Origin: Octopus vulgaris
Taxonomy: Eukaryota
Assembly: GCA_951406725.2 (NCBI GenBank)
Contig: OX597830.1
Span: forward strand, 37,262,001-37,326,000
Direction of reading: 5' to 3'
DNA: 64,000 nt
Shown: positions 57,746-64,000 of the stretch, piece by piece
Layout of the letters: the number at the start of each line of letters is the position of its first letter
Numbering within the stretch: the first letter of the stretch is position 1
Notes under the pieces: model-generated
The model's database searches: none
The model's input: only the letters and a program-made list of their open reading frames with translations
Told to the model about the DNA's origin: nothing
Position numbers and translations under genes: made by a program

Positions 57746-57833
57746 CAACAGTATATCCGATGGCCTTTTATGTGTCACTAGCCACTATACCTTTTTCTAT
57801 TTTCTATTTTCTCTCTCTGTTTATTCGTGTTCC

Positions 57834-57867
57834 TTTCTGTCGACGATTGTAGGCTCGAAACGTAGAA
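57834..57867 (+). ncRNA. HHR-like motif with CTGTCGA core in PLE-like repeat (about 57770-57935)
   Basis: ttt-CTGTCGA-cgattgtaggctc-GAAA-CG-TA-gaa; homologous to 60376-60409; stem II eroded. Confidence 0.5.
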
Positions 57868-58347
57868 TACTTTTTCACTTGCCGAGCGTTAAAATAATAC
57901 ATCTGTTTGTTGTTTATACACCCGTCTTCGGATCTTATATACGTCGGTCTTAAATACTTTATATAATAATATCGGCTGCATTTTGTATTCGAGGTCATTT
58001 ATTGCTATAAATCTTTTCCAAGTAAATATTAAAGTTGTAAATCTAGAAAACATGTGTTTTCGCTTACATGGATGTAACCATTTTTGTGAAGAAAGCTAAC
58101 ATAGTCACACATCCGATGACCATGTTGAGAAGATATGCTTAAACAAAGTAGCACGTCTGATACAAACACGCACAAATATACATCTTTATAAATGTATTAA
58201 TGTATTTGTATGTGTATGTATATTTGTATGCATGCATTTATGTTCGTATATATACTTATATGTATATTCCTATACATATTTATGTAGCTGAATTATATAT
58301 GCATACATACACACACACACGCACAAACATATACACACACACAAACA

Positions 58348-58400
<53 letters not shown>

Positions 58401-58448
58401 GTATACATATGTATATATATATATACATATAAATATATATATATATAC

Positions 58449-58513
<65 letters not shown>

Positions 58514-58584
58514 ATCTCTTGAGCACCACCAGCAAAAATATTTTTTTCCTCTGTCTTCCCTTCTTGGGATCTTTCATTCTCCTT

Positions 58585-58619
58585 GTTTCCGACGAAGAGC
58601 TCCGCTCGAAACGTTAAAC
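58585..58619 (+). ncRNA. Minimal type I hammerhead ribozyme motif (CCGACGA core) in PLE-like repeat 58540-58715
   Basis: Identical to 8359-8393; the repeat unit is flanked by (TA)n on both sides. Confidence 0.7.
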
Positions 58620-58710
58620 CCTCCTTCCCTTCTTTCCTGAGCGTCAAATAATACTTTAATTGTTTCTCGTCCTCGCGTTGCTGTTTTTTTCTGTGTTTTC
58701 TTGTTTGGAT

Positions 58711-58780
<70 letters not shown>

Positions 58781-59001
58781 GTAAACAGCTAGTTTTAAAT
58801 CTCTGAATGAAATCTAAGTTCTAACTATACTGCAAAGTAAAGTCTGTTTGCCAACAGAAGGCCGCAGTCCTGCGTAGGACCATGTTATTACCTTTTAAAC
58901 TCGGGAAACATCTTTTCCAGCTAATTATCGACACACTATCTCTGTCTGAAAGATTCTGTGAACAAGAGACCGGACTATTCCTTCCTAGCTACTAGCAATA
59001 C

Positions 59002-59044
59002 ACACTGACCAATTGTTTCAGGGTAATTTCCCGTCCTCGGTGCT
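59002..59044 (-). ncRNA. Type I hammerhead-like motif (CCGAGGA core, GUC site)
   Basis: Minus: agca-CCGAGGA-c-ggg(aaatta)ccc-t-GAAAC-aattg-GTC-agtgt; stem I imperfect. Confidence 0.45.
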
Positions 59045-59284
59045 GGACAACCGCCGGCTAGAGACAGCAGATTATATATGTATAACAGTCCATATACATA
59101 TATACATACAAACACACACACACGCACACATATATATATATATAGATTTATATTTATGGATCTCTCTCCCTCTCTCTCTCTCTATATATATATATATGTA
59201 TATGTATATATATAAATTAGAAAGAAATTTGATTTAGTATTTCTAAATTGAATTTTCCCTTTAAGTTTGGAATGATATTGCCTC

Positions 59285-59353
<69 letters not shown>

Positions 59354-59379
59354 TAGTTGTCTACTCATTTTGCAGAGTT

Positions 59380-60030
59380 TGACCACCTACTGTACCAGCT
59401 CCTTAGAACCATCATGACATCTGATGTGGCTTTTAAAACCAATGTTTTGAAAAGACACCCACATAGATTGTATATCCCATTTGGACTACCAAGAGCTGCA
59501 GGTAACTTATGATCTTTGTGGATGTTAAAAAGCTTTATGAAGCCTCCGTTAGATTTACAAACCTCCTGGGATAAATTGTATTGAAAGATTTGCTCAGACA
59601 TATAGGCAGAATAGTTAGTGGAGGTTCGTTTTCCATGGGTTCGCAAATGAGATTTGATCAATTTCTAAAGAAAAGCATGAACTGTCACAAACTGTGCACA
59701 CAAAAAAGTCATTGTTATTCACGTTCTCGATCGTACAATTCTTCCTTAAATCTCTCTTGGGTCTTTCATGCGTTATTTTGCCCATTTCAAACGCTTTCAT
59801 TCTACTCCACTCTTACATCTTCAGGCAAGGTATTACCTCAAGTAAAGCTATGATTTAGAGAAATCAAATGAGATGATGTGGCCATATTGTTCGAGTGGTG
59901 GATGAACGCACGCCCGAACAGCTGTTTTATGGTGAGCTTGTAGAGGGGAAATTCTATCGGCGTAAACCTAAAAAAAGCTTTAAGGACGGCATAAGAATTA
60001 CCATGAAGCCAGTGAAGGCGTTTGAAGAGG
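59380..60030 (+). mobile_element. Decayed, internally deleted RTE LINE
   Basis: QC.F, IDCI, MIFVDVKKL (FVDLxKAFD-like), then [33 protein letters not shown]. Confidence 0.75.
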
Positions 60031-60104
60031 CCAAGATCTTATATACACATACACACACACACATATACATATATATATATATACACACACACATATACAT
60101 ATAC

Positions 60105-60135
<31 letters not shown>

Positions 60136-60213
60136 TATATACATATCGGTATATATATGTATGTATATATATATATATATATATATATAGATATATACAC
60201 ATATATACAACCA

Positions 60214-60287
<74 letters not shown>

Positions 60288-60375
60288 AGAATTTACGAAA
60301 AAAACAAAAGACGAAGACAGGTGGTGTAGTAAACAAACATATGTATTAGTATAACGCTCAGGATTAGAAAAAGGA

Positions 60376-60409
60376 TTTTACGTTTCGAGCCTACGCTCTT
60401 CTACAGAAA
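60376..60409 (-). ncRNA. Minimal HHR motif with CTGTAGA core in PLE-like repeat 60284-60475
   Basis: Minus: ttt-CTGTAGA-a-gagc(gtag)gctc-GAAA-CG-TA-aaa; flanked by (TA)n. Confidence 0.6.
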
Positions 60410-61891
60410 GGGACTCAGAAAAAACAAGGAAAGAACAAAATGTATGTAGTAGCTAACGATCTATCATGGCGGCTGTGTATATATATATATATATATTATA
60501 TATATGTGTGTGTGTGTTTGTATGTGTGTGTTTGTGCGTGTGTGGGTGTGCGTGTGTGTATATGTGTTTTGTGTGCGTGTTTGCGTGTGTACATATATAT
60601 CATTGAAGCCCTGTTTCGTCTACAAATTTTTCTTCTATGCCATTAGAGAATACCTTTAAATACGTTGAGATACGACTGCCTCAAATTCCGCACTAACGAG
60701 TATATTTGGGAACCACATCATTTTGGAGGGAATGTTTAGCTGCACATCAATGACACCACTCATTGCTTCCTTTCTCGTTAATGTAGAATGTTAGGCAGTT
60801 GCATTTTATCCTTGATTCCTATTCGCTAATGATTTATGAGAAAAAAATTTGTAAACAAAAATAGGTTTGGATTTCATGTAAGCAATGGTTTTTTCAACTT
60901 AATATTTACCTCTTATTAGTTGTAGTTTTATATAAGTTTCGTGGTTCAATGTTCAAAATACGAAGTATTTCATATTCATCTCGAAGCTTTGAAGTCTATA
61001 TTTGCGTACGTGTGCGCATGGCTTAAAATATTGCATTTGCTTGATTACTTTGTTCGTGCAAATCTTAAATTCCCTTCAGTGCTCATTTAGGAAATATTTC
61101 ATTCCTATTACTGGTTGCGTGAGTAACATGTGTACCTACTACATGTTGCTAACTTATTACATGGTTTCGCCATTATGATGAATATGACGGTGAGATCGTC
61201 ATGAGACTTTACAGAGATGGGGTAAGATTAATATAGACAAATATTTATAATATGAAATTTAAACCTGGTTCATTCGAGGACATTCTATTTAATTTTGTAA
61301 AGTAGATATATTGATTGCACAACTATATTTATCTCTTATGGGGAATTATGTGATGTATATAATTATGTTCAAATCAATTATATAAAATCAATGAGGTGTT
61401 TCTTTACGGTCAATACAGAAGCGAATAAATGTTTGTTGGCATAACTCTGAATGAAATTTAGAGAAATGCAAAAACACATGTTAATAAACGTTTGCTATTT
61501 GGTTAAGTAATAAATTCGGAGATAAACTTCGAAAAATCCTAAAAATCGAGGAATGTATCGGTAAGTAGATGTGATGATCAAAACAAATGCACATACAGAT
61601 TAAGCAAGTATTTATGTAGATACAAATGAACACACAGACAATGAAAACCGATTTGTTATTTCATAACATAATTTATGCAATACTATTAACTTAACTAGAA
61701 ATAGTTGAGATATTCATGACTTCTTCGTAATGGCAATGCAGTATTTGAAAGATAAGGTTTTTTTATTGGTTCAATACATTATTTTGAATTTGTAATGACT
61801 ATTGCACTCACCCTGTGAAATCCTGGTTTTTCATGTTATGTGATAGGTGTACACTTTTTAAAATTGTGTTATATCTGTGATATTCAATACC

Positions 61892-61947
<56 letters not shown>

Positions 61948-62099
61948 GTGTAATAGAATGCAATATGATATATTGTGTACAGAGATTAGTTTCACATTTT
62001 GTCTCAATGCCAGCAATTTGGAGGGAGGTGTTCTAGTGAATTACATCTTAGCATTTTAAAAGATAGTTATAATTACTCTGGTGTCTGATAATAAGATGG

Positions 62100-63050
62100 C
62101 TGTGTTATCTTAGAGTATGTCTTCTGATATTGTTTTGGTAACTAATCTCGGTTTTAGCCGCTTGAAAATGTTTTTAAGAAGTGAATTTTCTTGGTATTAG
62201 ATTGAAGCCCTGTTATTTCAAATTGTTATTATAATATCTAGTGTGTCAAGACTCTTCATTGAGTTGCTGGTATTACTTTGAAGAATATTTTAATATTTTG
62301 TATATACTTTGTTAGATAAAATGTTTGCTAACTTACAGCTGCTGTTTTTTCCTTTATTTTCTTTTATCCACGTTTATATTTGATGAATACGTAGCTTATC
62401 TCCTTGACGTGTGTTGTGTTCGGATTTTTCCTATTTCTTGTTCTGGTTGTTGTTTTGAAAGAATCTAAATCTATTTTGCTGATTTTTTTTCTCTTCGGTG
62501 TGTCGTGTTCGATTAAAATTTCATTGAAGTTTCTTGACATTTGGGAAAGGATTTTTCTTTTTGTCACTGACGTGGTTCTGTTGGAATGATGAAGGACAGT
62601 TAGTTGGTGTAGATTTGTTGTATGATTTTTCTCTATATGTAGTAGTTGTGCAGAACTGTATATTAGATCTAGGTAGTAGTTTTTGCTGTTTGCTTGATAA
62701 AAGAGTTAAATCGTTTTTAATGTAAATGATGCTATTTCGTCACCGCTACTCTTTCTATCAATTTTTGTGACGCTGTGCTGTAAATATAGTTGTCTATGTG
62801 AGGTATAGATATGTCTAATGTTACTGGATATATGTTAACTTAACAGGGTGCATTTGATAAGTTAGCATTATTTCTTCTGTTCTGACATTGTAAATTCCAT
62901 ATATGATGGCGAAGTTATCTTATAAATGTACCTGCATTTTAGGCAATTTTACCTGCGTATCATTATATTGTTATATTATTGATTTTGGCTTTGTAGTGCA
63001 CATTTGATTGGTTCGTTGATGTAGGCTATTTTCCAATGGCAACTTCTGTA
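62100..63050 (-). mobile_element. Highly decayed Penelope-like RT region
   Basis: Minus-strand remnants LPKM (LPKIH-like), SIPH (YTNIPH-like), NH..KKKNPFP (HP..K.NIPF-like). Confidence 0.5.
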
Positions 63051-64000
63051 AGTCAAACACGCAGAGAGGAAAAAAATATAGGCGTATGCTAATACACACT
63101 CCTAGAATAACGTCTGCACACGCACCCCCCACAATTAAAATGCCGCTGGGCGTCTTATTTTATAATATACCATGAATTTATTCGGAATCTGAAACAGGTG
63201 CTTCCATACCAATTTAATATGATATTTGTCAGTAAACATATAACTAATTAACTTTTTATAGTATTTGTAATTTCCATAACCTATAAACTATACCGAAGAA
63301 TGTCAGAATGGCATTTTACATGCGAAATATATTGAAATATTAATAACAACCAATGTGGTATCAAGACTAAATACTGATGCAAAATTCAGGTTATCTTGTA
63401 TTACAGAGAAATGTTTCTCAAATAATTTGCGAAATCAAACCAAATGAACACATTTTTCGCTATATGAATTCAAAAAGGCGAGTTATTTAATATTTAATGA
63501 TTTTAGCATTTCATTCGAGGATTTTCAAATACATACAAATAAGGATGCATGCACAAGTATATCTGTTACAAGAATATGAATTCCACTGAGCTTCACAGCA
63601 GACAGTTGATCAATTGTAGTAATACATAAAAGGTTTTTCAGAGATTCTTTTAACACTAACAAATATTAAACAGATATTGAGAAATATTTTCGCTTGAGTA
63701 ATTTCACATATATACACTTAAAATCACAATGTTCAAAGTACCTGTTTCAAGTATTTTCATTTCAGAGATGTTCCAATATAACAAATAAAATATTTTTCGC
63801 AGATTTCTTTAACAGTTACATATATTAAATACATGCTGAAGTAGGATTTCGTATTTCGTGTGAGTAATTTCAAATGCATAAATCTAAGAGAGTATGATCA
63901 AAGTACTTATTTCCACCTTGGTAATTCCGATAGAAATTCTTCGAGATCTGGAATTAGAATGAACAAAATATTTTTCAATGATTTCTTTCACACTTAGATA

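Overview
AT-rich, microsatellite-dense eukaryotic DNA, intergenic or intronic. The SINE and LINE complement looks like an octopus (coleoid cephalopod) genome; this is inference from pattern recognition, not a database search. No host protein-coding gene is supported, and most ORFs in the track are (TA)n/(CA)n/(TCTA)n artefacts. Identifiable elements are three decayed mariners, a Tigger/pogo, mariner and piggyBac-like MITEs, a non-autonomous Helitron, Tx1/L1-, CR1- and RTE-type LINE fragments, three Penelope-like (PLE) coding remnants and four tRNA-derived SINE families. The most notable hidden signal is about 11 minimal type I hammerhead-ribozyme (HHR) motifs in short PLE-terminal-repeat-like units, most abutting (TA)n. 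Several have recurring non-canonical cores (CCGACGA, CUGUNGA), and seven cluster at 55.6-60.5 kb. Also notable: a TSD-flanked ORF1-like retroposon that shares its 3' tail with a SINE, a bipartite SINE with an internal microsatellite, nested inverted repeats at 7.4-8.3 kb and a 5'-inverted RTE insertion. Coordinates were read by eye, so boundaries of decayed elements are approximate.
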